DNA of 63,522 nt, the filler included, from Asterionella formosa (Eukaryota): assembly GCA_002256025.1 (NCBI GenBank). It is 5 parts of 5 records of this genome, joined end to end, with 100 filler letters (N's around TTAATTAATTAA, not from the genome) between each part and the next. Parts side by side here need not be neighbours in the genome. Positions count along the whole stretch, not along the records: positions 38,198 to 50,811 come from NKIB01007365.1; positions 50,912 to 63,522 come from NKIB01007376.1; 3 more parts are not named here. The stretch is one strand, 5' to 3'. Position numbers and translations under genes: made by a program. The notes beneath the pieces were generated by a model that had not been told where the DNA came from, ran no database searches, and saw only the letters and a program-made list of their open reading frames with translations. This document shows, in pieces, positions 46,397 through 59,108 of the stretch (position 1 is the first letter of the stretch; every line of letters starts with the position of its first letter).

Positions 46397-49300
46397 TTAA
46401 TTTCCTCGTCGAATCGCAAAGAGATCCGAGAGAGCTTCAATGCCCTCCAAGCCTGCTGCTGTATTGGCCCGAGGCCTACTATCAGCTTGCTCCACGTCCT
46501 GTGACGCCTGACTAATAGCATTCGATGGGATTCGTCCAATGTGAAGGTCCACGGGCAGCGACGGTGCATTATAACGCATACCCAGCTGTTTCTGAACTTC
46601 CAAACAATAACTGAACAAGTCGGCCTTACTTTGAAGAATGAGTCCAAGAGTTTGCCAACCCTCACGATGCTGACATGAGATCACGTAAGCAATGTAACCA
46701 GCGTCCGCTTCCACTCGTGATGCATTGAAGCTCGACAATGACAACCATTCTCGAGGCCTGGCTTTCACAAATTCTTCCACCGTCTTGTGGAATAATTGGA
46801 CCTTGGCATACGGCACATCCACACCAAATTTAAGGGTAAGGTATACCACAGCCCGGGGGGATCGAGCGGCGTTAATGATGCGGGCAGATGCTAGAGCACC
46901 ATTGGCAAGAGTGGCAACCTCATTGGTGCTCGCATACCGAACTGTGGTAGAATACAAGTCAATTTTTTCGACAAACCACGACGATGATCCATCACTGCTA
47001 GTGTCTTGGAATGCATCTGATATAGCAATTCTATCACCAATATCATAGGGCTGGCGGACCAAAATGAAAAGGATTCCCTTCAAAACACAAACAAACGAGA
47101 TTAGATTTAAACAAGCGGCTCCATAAATATGATTCCCCATTATGCAACATACCTCAAAGTATTTCGCACTTGCGCTTCCAATCATAAATGCAAAAGCAAG
47201 GATCACACTGGACATTGAAAGAAAAAACTTCAAGGGATCAATCTTCAATCTTGCCAACAATATACAAAAGAAAAGGAAATAGAAAAAGCAGTTGACAATG
47301 CATTCTGTGGCATGATCGATCTGAGACGCGCTGCTAATTGACGCCCGAAGAAGGCGGAGTTTCTTGTACACAGCGTCCACGGATTTGACAAAATCTAGCA
47401 TTGTGAGGTTTCCTTGACGATCCGGCCGGAACAACCGAATCAGATCTTTCATTTTATCAGCATCCACCAATTCTTTCTCTCCCTCCTCTGTAGACGCATC
47501 GTTTGACTTCGCTAGTGAAGCAATTGCATCAAACTGAAGAACACCACTAGTGTTCTTTGAATTGTGGCACATGAGGCGACGATACACACCTTGCGAAGAT
47601 TCAACGCAATGCGCCCTAGTGTCGGCAAGCCCAAAAGAGATAGAAAACGGGTAAGACAAATCCATAAACGCCAAAGATTGCCGGAATTGAAGGATTGCAC
47701 TGATCGAGATGTTTTCCTGCGTTGGCCGGCCAAAAGAGCAAAATTCAGTGAGAATGGTAACGACCTTGGCGCAATCAGTGAATACGATGGTTACGTACCG
47801 GTTTACCAGGGTCCAATTCCGGCTCCTCCCATGCTTCCAAAAGCTCCAACATCTTCACTCGCCCAGAGCTTTCACCGAAAGGATCCAGTCTATCAACGTA
47901 CACAGTATCTTCCACATTTTGAGAGCCCGATACAGGGCTTCTGGTATTCTCAGATTCAAGATTGGGACTGACAGGGTCGCCTTCCGTTTTCTCATCGTCA
48001 TCACCCAAACCTGTGCCATCAAATCCCTTCCAACTCCAATCGAACTGAGAATGCACTTTCTTGTTTCTTAAGTTTAGAGAGTCGGCAACGGTTGGATTTG
48101 TAGTCCGCATTTCCAATTCACGCCCCAATAGGGATACCTGCCCGATCACGATTACTTGATGAATCACCTTCGCCAGTTGGTTTGCATATGTAACTGAAAT
48201 ATATGGTACAAGTTAGAAACAAAAATGAAGAAAACAGAACATACAACTGCTGTCATTCGAACATACCATAAGTACGTTGTCCCAAGTAAAGCCCGACAAA
48301 GAATCTTTTCAAGGCTACGGCGATCCCCAAGAAAATAGCATTCCATAATGCAATACTGTTCCAATCATTATACGTGATGTTCCCTGCTGAATTCGCTGCA
48401 TTGAACATGTCTATACCCTCCTGATAGAAAAGCCAATTTTTGGCAAACTGATTGTTTCCACTGTTGAGAATAAGTGAGTAGATTGACCAGACTGCTATCT
48501 GAAAAGGCCATCCTTTCGACTGAACAAACATCAAAGTCGGGATGGGACCCAACAAACGAAGGACCACTCTTGTTTTCAGAGCCAAGAAGTCGATTAGAAA
48601 AATGCCAGTAGCCTTGGCAAGCGAAAATGTGATAGCTTGCCGAATGATCAAAAAATTAAGGAACCATGACAAGGAGGGACAATCAGGTTTGGCTCCAGGG
48701 ATATTGCTGTTGCTAATACAACCGAAGCTTACTTTGGGATTTCCGAAAGCGTAAAAGAGCAAAGTTGAAACTCCAAGAGTAGGAAGCAAAACATACAGAA
48801 GAAAGATCTTCACATAAACTTTCATCGAATGGTATCGAGGCTTTAAGAAACGTTTGAATACTTCCAAGTCTTCCTTGGCATTAAATGTGGCTCGCTTGAT
48901 GACCTCTGGTGTGTGTATCGAAACATCTTGAGCTCCACCTACCAATTGTTTGGAATTCTTCACGACTGCTGCGGCAAATTTTCTTCCAAATCGCTTTGGT
49001 CTCGACGTTCCAGTAGCAATATTTGTGGATGCAGTGGAGACACCCTCTTCGATATCCAAGTCTTGTCCGTCTTCCATTTCATCAGTCTTCTTCGGGTCAC
49101 CTTTCCCTCCAAACAAGTTCCGTGTCGACTTGTTTTGATCCATATTGAAAGCAGGTCTGGCGCTTTGTGCCGTTGGTATCAAGGTTTCGTTTTCTGGTAC
49201 GTTAATATTTCGGCGAAACAACAAATTGGCATGGTGAACAAAGGCATCCTGATCATGAGTAGGAGCCTCCACTTCCCATGCATTATTAGTTGTTGGACGA

Positions 49301-50310
49301 TCCATGTCCTCTGTCGGCATTCGACGTCGGCGTGATTCTGAAGAATCCACGAATCCTGCCGAATCATGGTTGGTGGCATGCATGTCTCTCATGGCAGCAG
49401 TGAGACCAAATAGTGTGGACTCCAACGATACTTCAGCGACTGTGGACGGTTGTCCAGCTTTTGCGTGGGAACTAGTTGATTGTTTGCTCCCGGTGGGTGC
49501 AGAAACCCTCGTTGGAGTCGCCATTGAATTGCCATCAGGCAGTGAATTCACAACACTGGTTGTTTCCTTCTTCTCTTCCTCTTCCATTACCGATGGAGCA
49601 CTCCACGACGTTGGGTCCTCAAATGCATGAACTGTGTCATGGGGAATATTCGGCAACATAATTTCTGTTGCTGCCGATTGGTGTCGTCGATGAGCCTCAA
49701 CCGCTTTTAGAATAGCAGTTTCAGCTTCAGATTCTAATGGTGAGACGATATCTGACAAGGATAGGTTTGCTGTCTCCCATCGACTGCTAGGGGCAGTTGT
49801 CATCGTGGGTCGTGGTGTCGTCGTCGATGGTTGTTGTTTAGGAGAATCTAGTACAGGGCCACTTAGACCACTTATGGATCGATGATGAATGGCTTGTGGT
49901 CGAACCAGGACAGTGTCAATGAGTGCATTGTGATGGCTGGTGTTGCTTTCCGTTGTTTTGGTTGTGGAAGCTTCGCAATGTGGAGCCCGAGGAGGTTTGC
50001 CATTGGTACTCCTTTGCATAGAAATGTTGTCGTCCACGTTGTCAGCGCTTGCTGCTTCTGCTGCATTTTGATTGCCTAGCTGGGCTGGCCCGTTATGATT
50101 GCCGCCATTGCCATTTCCATTGCCGCCAGTGCTAGTGCTAGTGCCATTGCCATTGTCGTCATTGCCGTCGGAGCTAAGCAGTGGCTCTGGTGTCGTGCTC
50201 AAAAAGTGTTCTCCAAGAAGAGAAGTCGAGCTCAGTTCTCTGAGTTGATGCTCGTTTGATTTCCGAGGCCGGGAGGGAGGCCCACTTGATTCATCATTGT
50301 CTTGTTCCAT
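46397..50310 (-). CDS. MscS-like mechanosensitive ion channel, 4 exons
   Basis: LAFAFMIG, ILVRQPYDIGDRI, VEKIDLYST, NGAL...IIN..RS and an EF-hand-like loop. Inferred GT-AG introns 48266-48194, 47798-47717 and 47152-47078 keep the frame. Confidence 0.88.
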
Positions 50311-50911
50311 GTTGCTACTACGTTGCTACGTGGATTGTTTCTGACTATTGCTACCTAGTACAGTATTGTTGTGAGAGAATTATTTTTGTTTGTTGCCTTC
50401 TCATGTCGTATCAAAATGTACCGGACTATTTATTGAACAAAAAATGACTGCCTTGCTTGCTTTTATATTCTACCGTACTGTTTTTGATTTCTTTGTTTTG
50501 CTGTAGGGTCAACAGTTTTTTTGATGTGAATACCGTATGATGACGAAAGTGGAATACCGGTACCTGGTACCAGGAACCGGTACAATGGTACCTGCTACTG
50601 TGACAAGAACCAGTAGTACCGGTACACGATTCAACTGTTGAGGTACGACGGAACTGGTACCTGATACCAGGAAAACTACAGTACCGGTACCCTGGTACCA
50701 GGTAACAGATACCCCGCGATGGTTCTCATACTGTACTTACCTTCCACCACTCTGCCTGGTCGTGGTCCTGTCTGGTTTGATATTTTTTTTACATGTTTGC
50801 TTTTTTTTTGGNNNNNNNNNNNNNNNNNNNNNNNNNNNNNNNNNNNNNNNNNNNNTTAATTAATTAANNNNNNNNNNNNNNNNNNNNNNNNNNNNNNNNN
50901 NNNNNNNNNNN

Positions 50912-51694
50912 ATGTCTCACGAAGACATTTTTCCCCCACATGTCCAAGCATTTCATGCGCTTCATTTATTTCCACAATCACATCATTATTTTCGTTCGCG
51001 TTTCTTTTCTCGATCGTTTCATCTATCGCTTTCGTCGTTTTCTTCTTATCGTTAACTTTCGTCCATTCATTCTCGTCTTCTTTAGTATCATAGTCGATGG
51101 ATTGTTGTGTTGGCTTCTCGCTTGTTTCTTGTTCAACCTCCAACACCGTTTCCTTTAGAATAGGCGTTCCTTGCACATGGTACATTGCTCCAATTGTCCT
51201 CGTTTCATCACGTTTACAAATCAAAAATCCGTTGTTGTTTCTGATCGTCATCTTATCATCGTCAAACATAACTTTATTTCCCTTGTCAATAATTCTCGAA
51301 ATACTGATAATGTTCTGCTTGAACTCCGGTGCATAGAGCACATTGGTGAGTTTCAACACTTTTCCTTTGTCTGTCGTCGTAAGGGTCACCGTGCCTGATA
51401 CGGTCGCAACAATTGCTGCGCCGTTTCCCACAAGAACAGTTTCACGCACTGCGCGCTTGTCCTCCATGATGCGCTCATCATTGCATATATGTACCGTAGC
51501 GCCACTATCTAGTAGCCAACGGTCCTTATGCACGCACGTATAATTTACCTCTTCATTGTACCTTGCCTCAATACACGTCACCACGAACATTCCTTGCGTA
51601 GTAGTATTGGCGTCTTCTCCCTTCTGTTTGATTGGTGCATTTTTTTGATTGTTGCACTCACTGGCATAGTGCCCCATCTTCTGGCAATTTTGAC
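50912..51694 (-). mobile_element. Ty1/copia fragment (zinc knuckle, protease, GAG-pre-integrase)
   Basis: CQKMGHYASEC, WLLDSGATVHIC, LTNVLYAP..NIISIS and AHEMLGH. Cut by the scaffold end and truncated within the knuckle. Confidence 0.9.
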
Positions 51695-52126
51695 CTGCGG
51701 TTAAAAAATTTCCCGCTTTCGACTGTACTGTATACTTCTTAAGTTGTTTCATTCACTTCACATTCAAGTCAAATAGAGTCTCAAGTGACGGAATACACTA
51801 GTGGTCGATCTACGATTCTGCCTCATAATTCCCACAACGAGGTGGGCACAATTTTGAATAGATTTTGTAGGTAGCTTTTTTTGTGACTTTTCTTGACCCC
51901 GTTTAGCATAACCATTTGATTTTGTATAAAATAAATATAAATTATCATGAACGAATTAACTGGTTCAAATATTATACGGTACCATTATACATAAGAATAT
52001 GCCACCGAAAGGGAATACCGGTAAAGTACGGGTAAATGAATGTCCATGATGATCCTCAGCCAAATAAAAAAAAATATTTGTAGCTACCGATGTTGCATTC
52101 GCTCCAACAACATAGACTTCCCGAAA

Positions 52127-53494
52127 ATGAATGTATCAAGCGACGGATCAAGCGACGAAGATTTTAGCGTCAGGTCGACAGGCGAGAGTAGCGACACCGG
52201 AGACGAAGAACTGAGCGACGTTGGAAGCTCCGAGGCAGTCGACCTCATGGAAGAGGATTCCGAAAATGTTGACGAGGAAGACGATGACAGTTCCTATGAC
52301 GACGAACATGACGATCAACTCGATGTTGGTACAGAAAGATTTGACGAAGCAGTCCCTCTAAACGCGCAAAGCACAATGTATTGGGAAAGGGACCTGGAAG
52401 ACTTTTACGACGATATGGACCAGGCATCTTCCGGTCTGATTGTGCGACTCGATCCAGATTCGGGAAAAACCTCAGTTTCAGTTAGGCTATCAAGGGATGA
52501 CCCAACTCCCCCGTGCGATGATGATCTAGTAGGGATATTCGGAGACCCCTCCAGGTTTATTGATGACATTATCTTGGATGGCACTTCTCTAAATCGACAG
52601 CGAGAGGGCAAGGGAGGCTGGGTTGTCTCTCGACGTGTTGGTGACTCCCTTGCCCTCCTGCTCTCCCAAAGCATGCATCTAGTAAGCATTGAGCTACGTT
52701 TTATTGATTTTGAGAGCTTACGACCCGTTACCCGCTCCCTTCGCGAGAATAGATCCATCAGGAATATATGTATATCATGCATGGACTGTGGTGCCCTCTG
52801 GCGTGGGCTGGAGCAAATGGAATTGTTGGAGAGCCTCGATGTATCAGGATTTCCGCTTCATGGCCAAGCTCTCCAAAATCTGTTGACAAACACAAAATCT
52901 CTTGACCGTCTCAGCATTTTTGGAAATCCAGATGGTCAACGAGCTATGATTCCATTCCTTTGCGACGGTCTCAGGCGAAACAACACGTTAACACGACTCT
53001 CCTTACAGCGTGGTGCCCTGGACGAAGAGGTTACTGCTTCTCTTGCCAAAGCTTTGACAGTAAATAATACGCTTTCCCATCTCACTCTGGTATTGAACCG
53101 CAGCGGTTTGGCAAGGAAGAACGTGCTTCGAGCCATCGGTCAGCAACTTCCCAACATAAAAGGTCTGACTTCGCTGTCGATCATGAACGACAACTTTGAT
53201 CTTCACAATCTCATTGTTTTCATGATGGGTCTAGAAGTCAACAAATCGTTAACATCTTGTACAATGGCAACGTTATCATTCTTAAGTAAACAAAGTCCCA
53301 TGTTGGCATTGATCAAATTTTACATGCACCTCAATCACTCGCATCGAGGTGATGTGATAGGTCAACCAAATATTCCGCTAGCCCTATGGCCTCGTATCCT
53401 GGCAAGGACTGCGCTGCACGGTGTAAGTGTTTTGTTTCATTTTTTGAGAGAAGAACCAACGCTGCTCAGAGGAATTGAGATGCTTTCACCATAA
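52127..53494 (+). CDS. Leucine-rich repeat (RNI-like) protein with acidic N-terminus
   Basis: Repeats L..N..L..L.L and C-terminal LWPRIL....VLFHFLRE.P. Confidence 0.78.
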   Translation: MNVSSDGSSDEDFSVRSTGESSDTGDEELSDVGSSEAVDLMEEDSENVDEEDDDSSYDDEHDDQLDVGTERFDEAVPLNAQSTMYWERDLEDFYDDMDQASSGLIVRLDPDSGKTSVSVRLSRDDPTPPCDDDLVGIFGDPSRFIDDIILDGTSLNRQREGKGGWVVSRRVGDSLALLLSQSMHLVSIELRFIDFESLRPVTRSLRENRSIRNICISCMDCGALWRGLEQMELLESLDVSGFPLHGQALQNLLTNTKSLDRLSIFGNPDGQRAMIPFLCDGLRRNNTLTRLSLQRGALDEEVTASLAKALTVNNTLSHLTLVLNRSGLARKNVLRAIGQQLPNIKGLTSLSIMNDNFDLHNLIVFMMGLEVNKSLTSCTMATLSFLSKQSPMLALIKFYMHLNHSHRGDVIGQPNIPLALWPRILARTALHGVSVLFHFLREEPTLLRGIEMLSP

Positions 53495-53761
53495 TGGCGA
53501 GTGGATAACAATAAAACATAGTATTCTAGTTTGCTCATTGTAGAGTATGAGGTGGGGTGGTTCTTCACTACGATATCTGACGCTCTTGAACCAAATATGT
53601 GACATTCTTTATCAGAAAGAATGTATCTATACATGCTAGCTGTAGGTTTAAACTGCTGTGCAACAGAAAATTTACGAACAAATTTATTGACTTTAAGGTT
53701 TTTGCCTCTACATATTGATGCAGTATCCTTAACCATTGCCAAGGGAAGATATTCATAACCA

Positions 53762-56635
53762 TCATTTCTTCTTTCTCGCACCACTGTTGTTAGTCCATCG
53801 TCCACTTTTTCCTCTCTTTTTCCCATGGAATCCTTTGGGATCTGAATCGGCTTCCCGGTTCTTTTCCGTGCGGCCATTCTTTTCCACCCTCCGTCGATCT
53901 CCCTTTTTCATATTCTTTAGTTTCGAGTCTTTCTTGCCCTCTCTCTCCTTCCGGATTTCAGTTGCAGTCTTTTTCTTTTCCTCCTTTCCGTCAAACTTGC
54001 CAGTACCTAGTGGTGCAAGAGGAAAATCGGCAAAGCCGTCCGTAACTTCATCAAAAACGCCTTGGCGGCCGATGCTACGGTTGGTCTTTTTCTGCCATTT
54101 CTCATACAGTTCGCCAAGCTTAGCCTTGTCGCTTTTCACCAGCTGGCCACTTTCGAGCCTGATCTTTTTTGTTTTGCTGTCGCCACTCAATTCTTCGCCA
54201 ACGGTTGTTTGCACGTACTTTCTCTTGCTCTTGTCCCATCGCATCATTCTCTGCTTCTGAGCTAAGTCAGATTGTTCATCACCAACGATATCAATCATAG
54301 CTTCTTCGAGTCTCAATGCCACGCCAGTAGATCCCTTAAGGTTGCTAGATGCTGAGGGCTGCATGGCAGCTTCAATCTGGCGCGATCTTGCAGCCTCGGC
54401 AGTGTCGGCAGTGTAGTCATTCTCGATGAAGAAAGATTCATCACGAAAATCGGAACCTCGTTTCTCCTTTGATTTCCTCTCCTCATTGAGCTTCGACACA
54501 ATTTCAATTTTCTCGCCCATCTTTAGTTTCTTTCTTTCGGCCTTTGAGAGGGGTCTTTTTGCTTCTTGTTGCTGGACAGGCACAGCGATTGAGCGATAGC
54601 CTTGCATATGTTTCTTTGCATACATGTCAAGACCTTGCTTGGCCATCTCCTTGTATTCATTGAGATCTGCATCTTCGTCAACCAAGTCATTCACAATATC
54701 ATCACCATTCATGACTTGTGCGTTCATGCTCCCGGCAACGACAAGCGTTTCTCCCTTATTATGCGCCATCCTCATTTGGCGACGCATACTTTTCATGGCA
54801 GTAAGTGCGTAGCTCGAATCATGTTTCTTCCCTCCCGTTGTTTTGCCCCTGTCGATTTGAGATGCAACGCCTGCATCTTTTCCGCCACCAGTAGCAAAGG
54901 CTTCGAAGATGGTCTCTTTAGGCCGGAAATTCGCCATGGCTCGCAAGAAATCTTCACGCTTCTTGATATTTTCAAGCGATTGTAGATTACTCCCATCTTT
55001 TGATAGTTTCTGTCGTTCCAAAAAGTCCCTTTCTTCCATTCCTTTCAACAAGGGGTGAGGTTCGATCGCATTTCCTCCAACGCGTTGACCAGTTTCCAGG
55101 CGTTCTCCTTCCAAAATGGCCTTGGCTCGACGAACACCTTCACGAGATGCTTCGGGTCGGGTCTTCCGGTATTGTTTCATGGCATTATTACACACTTTCG
55201 TCATCGTTCGAAGTAGCTCAGTCTCTTGCGATCCCGTTTCCTCTGACTCCATGATTCGTTTGACGTTCTCCACCTCTCGCATTAGAATCGATTCTGGAAC
55301 ACAGCCATAATGCACCATTTCAGGTGTCATATCTGCGAGAGTATAGCTATTCTCACCGGTACAGAGCCTTCGACCCAGAAACAAATGTAGGTCTACCATG
55401 TAGGGGAGTTCGTCGGGCTCAACTAATGCCCAACTGAATCCAATTCTTCCCGCACGAGCGGCACGTCCACTACGATGCACAAAGAGCTTCGCTGAAGGAG
55501 GAAATTGATAATGAATGACATGATCAATCAACGGAACGTCAATTCCACGAGCAGCGACATCGGTCACTACCATCACTGGTTTCTTGCCGGAGCGAAAGTC
55601 GGATAGATTTTGTTTTCTGGCGTCTTGATGCAACGTTCCATACACCATGGTAGCATCCACGCCCGTCGCTGCCAGCATCGTAGTAATGTATTCCACATGA
55701 TGCCGTGTCGCTGCAAAGATCAAGGTTAATCCTGTTCGTTGGGCTTCATTCTCTTCCTTGTCGCGTTGAATGTGACTCAATGTATGCAAAAGCGCTGCAT
55801 CCTTGTCTGCACTTCGACATGTAACAAAAGCAATTCTCAAGTCTTCGCTCACGCTTGCTTCTTGGTCCAGTCGCACCACTTGGGGGTCTGTGCTAAAGCC
55901 TGTTTTCGTAAATTCAATCAGCATTTTTGGCATGGTAGCTGACAACATGACCTTTTGGCAGTGCTCGGGCAACGTCGACGCAATTTGTCTAATCTGAGAT
56001 GCGAAACCCATTTCTATGAGGCGATCAGCCTCGTCTAATACACAAATTAGACATCCCTTTAAATCAAAGTCTGGAATTTCGGATAAATGGTGAGACAGCC
56101 GACCAGGTGTGGCGATAATCACATCAGGTTTTGATGCGAGTCCATTGAACTGCTTTTCCATGCCTTCTCCACCATTAATGCCAATCGCTTTAATATTGCA
56201 AAAATGCGCCAGTTTAGTCATGACTTTCAAAGTTTGCATGGACAGTTCTCGAGTCGGTGACAAGACAACGGCCCGGCACTTGTGTTGCGCGTTTGGTGGT
56301 GACTCGAGGAGCTTTTCCAAAATAGGCACCAAAAAGGCAATTGTTTTTCCAGAACCAGTGCGGGCCATGACGCATGAATCACTTCCCGTCAATATAACTG
56401 GTAAAGCTTTGCGCTGAACAGGTGTCGGCATCTAGAATACAGGTACAGGAGGTGGTTGTGATGTTAGAGAACTATTCAGCGCATCACTTGGTCTAGTGTA
56501 AAGAATCAAAAGCTTACTTACTCGGAACCCCATTCGAACAATTCCCTTGAATACAGGATCGGAAAGGCCAAGGGGTTGGAAGCCATTCCCAGCCCCTCCG
56601 CCACCTTTGCCTCCTCCCTTCCGTGCTTCCGCCAT
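53762..56635 (-). CDS. DBP10: DEAD-box RNA helicase DBP10/DDX54, 2 exons
   Basis: PTPVQR, MARTGSGKT, DEAD, SAT, HRSGRAAR and DBP10 C-terminal WDKSKRKY..ESG....Y.KW. Intron 56521-56432. Confidence 0.93.
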
Positions 56636-57215
56636 GGTGGAATCCTAATTTTGTTCTGAAATGGTACAATTGGTTGCGAGTTGTTGATCCTAAGGATTAT
56701 TACCCGTTATACATATATACAGCTGTACAAGAGAACTGGTTGACAATCAAAAGAGAATGCATCCATGTAGTTATGTGTCGCAATCATGAATCATGATTAC
56801 AGCGACATCCGATTCTTGCTTGCGGCATCAGGATGGCACATACCGGTACATACCGGTATATTCCGGTACGATTGATGTTACATCTACGGGTATTCACATA
56901 CACGGTACGGTAGGGCAGAATCCAATTACAAGCCTATTTATTATGAATTGCAAATTTTGGGCGGACATGTTGAAGTGAATGAGTGGCTAGAAGCTACAAC
57001 AGTTACCGAGGCGTTAATTGTGTCCACTACCGTATATCGAAATATCGCTCCAAGCAAATTTACCAGGGCCAGGTACCCTTGAACCAGGTACCTGGTACCT
57101 GGTACTCAATGCGTAACCACGGCCGGTATTCTACCGGGACCAGTCCGTTAGACTACCGGTAGCAAAACATTCGGAATTGCGATGACGAGCCGGTAAATTC
57201 GGAATTGAGATCACC

Positions 57216-58808
57216 ATGATCGCATCGCAGCTTCTTGCAAGTGTCGCATTCCTTTTCCACCTGGTGTATTGTTTTGCATTCACAACGCAATCTTTCCCAA
57301 TAAGGAGCTACTATCGTGCTTCCAATGGCCAAGAATGGAACAATATCAAGTTTGCATTACATCCCTGTTGGATGGTTCCAAAGCTTATTGTGGAAACTCA
57401 AGAAGACATCTTGCAACTACCATTGAACATTTCTTCCAAACAAATTCGATATCTTTCTTCTGATATAAGATTTGGATATCGAATTAGGCAGTTGCAAGAC
57501 TTTTACCGACAACATGGACATTTCAGTGTCAGGGAAAAGCATGACAAGGGGTTGGCGCAGTGGGTTAGTACTCAACAATATGAATACAAACGACTGATGC
57601 AAGGCCAAGAATCGTTGTTGACTCTTGCACGTGTGGAACAATTGAATAATATTGGATTTGAGTGGGTAAGAACTGATGGATTGAGCAAGGATTGGATGGA
57701 AAGATACCAGGAATTAAAGGAATTTCTAGAAGCACATGGACACATTCGATTGGGTGGGAGAGATGGATCTTTAGGTAAATGGGTTGCCAATCAGCGACAT
57801 CAATACCAGTGCTTTCGGAAGGGAAAGAAGAGCCTCATGACTAAAGCACGAGTCGACCTTCTCAATGAAATTAACATGATCTGGGATCGTAAGGCGACGA
57901 AAACGACTCGGCACGACGAGAACTGGGAAGCAAGGCTTCGTGACCTCCAGCAATTTAAAGAGCAACATGGACACTGCAATGTACCTCGAACATTAGGGCC
58001 ATTGGGAGTATGGGTATCCAATCAAAGAGTTTCTTATATTCAAAGAATCCAGAACAAGACATCGAAACTTACTGACTATCGGGAACAGAAACTTCAGGCG
58101 CTAGGTTTTCAGTTTTGCCCTCCGTCCCTTGAGGACATTTGGAACCAACGGTACCAGGAGCTGAAAGCATTCCAACTGGAGAATGGACACTGTCGTGTAC
58201 CAACAGGTGCCCTAGCAACATGGGTCTCGACTCAACGACAGGCTCATCAAAGAGCTAAGAAAAAGAAATTGAACGGACTATTGCCAGAGCGACAGCGTCG
58301 CCTTCAAGCAATTGGTTTCTTCGATCGCGATAATTTTAGTCAAAGTTGGGATGATAGATTCTGTGAGCTCCATGCTTTTCAAGAAGAGCACGGCCACTGC
58401 CGAGTACCTGCAAGTCCGCTCGGTCAATGGGTTGCAAGGCAACGGGACGCGTATAGGAAACGTAGTGACACATTCGCAGGGCTCTCCCGATGGCGAGAAA
58501 ACCGTCTCCGAGCCATAGGATTTGACTTTTCTTTAGTGGTTGATTCCAAAAGGCAAAGTCGGGACAAACGAATGGCAGAGAAATGGATGGCGAAATATCT
58601 GGAATTGAAAGACTTTCGAGAAAATCATGGTCACATTCGATTGGGCGCCAAAGATGGGCCCCTGGGGAAATGGGTTGCTAGTGAACGTCGACAATATCAA
58701 CGCTACCTACAGCAGCAAAATACCACTTTGACTGCTGCGAGAGTCAATATGCTCAACGAGATTAACATGATTTGGGATCAGCAGGTGACGAAAGATAGAA
58801 AAAAGTAG
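57216..58808 (+). CDS. Helicase-associated (HA) domain repeat protein with putative plastid leader
   Basis: Six W..RY.EL..F...HGH...LG.WV..QR...R...L..IGF.W repeats. The N-terminal signal ends CFA-F. Confidence 0.85.
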   Translation: MIASQLLASVAFLFHLVYCFAFTTQSFPIRSYYRASNGQEWNNIKFALHPCWMVPKLIVETQEDILQLPLNISSKQIRYLSSDIRFGYRIRQLQDFYRQHGHFSVREKHDKGLAQWVSTQQYEYKRLMQGQESLLTLARVEQLNNIGFEWVRTDGLSKDWMERYQELKEFLEAHGHIRLGGRDGSLGKWVANQRHQYQCFRKGKKSLMTKARVDLLNEINMIWDRKATKTTRHDENWEARLRDLQQFKEQHGHCNVPRTLGPLGVWVSNQRVSYIQRIQNKTSKLTDYREQKLQALGFQFCPPSLEDIWNQRYQELKAFQLENGHCRVPTGALATWVSTQRQAHQRAKKKKLNGLLPERQRRLQAIGFFDRDNFSQSWDDRFCELHAFQEEHGHCRVPASPLGQWVARQRDAYRKRSDTFAGLSRWRENRLRAIGFDFSLVVDSKRQSRDKRMAEKWMAKYLELKDFRENHGHIRLGAKDGPLGKWVASERRQYQRYLQQQNTTLTAARVNMLNEINMIWDQQVTKDRKK

Positions 58809-59108
58809 CCCTAGTTACAGGTGGGACGAACGATTTCGCGAGCTTTGGGCCTTTCAAGAGGAACATGGTCACTGTCGCATACCTCGAAAGTCAGGGCCTC
58901 TCAGTTCATGGGTCAAGTCTCATCGTAATGCCGATCAAAACGTGATGAGATTGTGAAAGGACAATTTTTGTCTTGGAAAGTACGTCGCCGAACCATTGGG
59001 TTTAAATTTAGTGATGAGGTAACGGTCAAACGAGGAAGGCCGAAAAGGCGATAACAATAAGCTGATAGCTATAGTATTTTTAGATAAGCGCGCTGAGCAG
59101 TCATGCGC

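Noticed and set aside
45064..50310. Functional cluster of bestrophin-like and MscS channels
   Set aside because: Adjacency of two convergent genes is not evidence of co-function without synteny or co-expression data.
12644..50911. TTAATTAATTAA motif recurring every ~12.7 kb
   Set aside because: Assembly spacer with six-frame stops, not biology.
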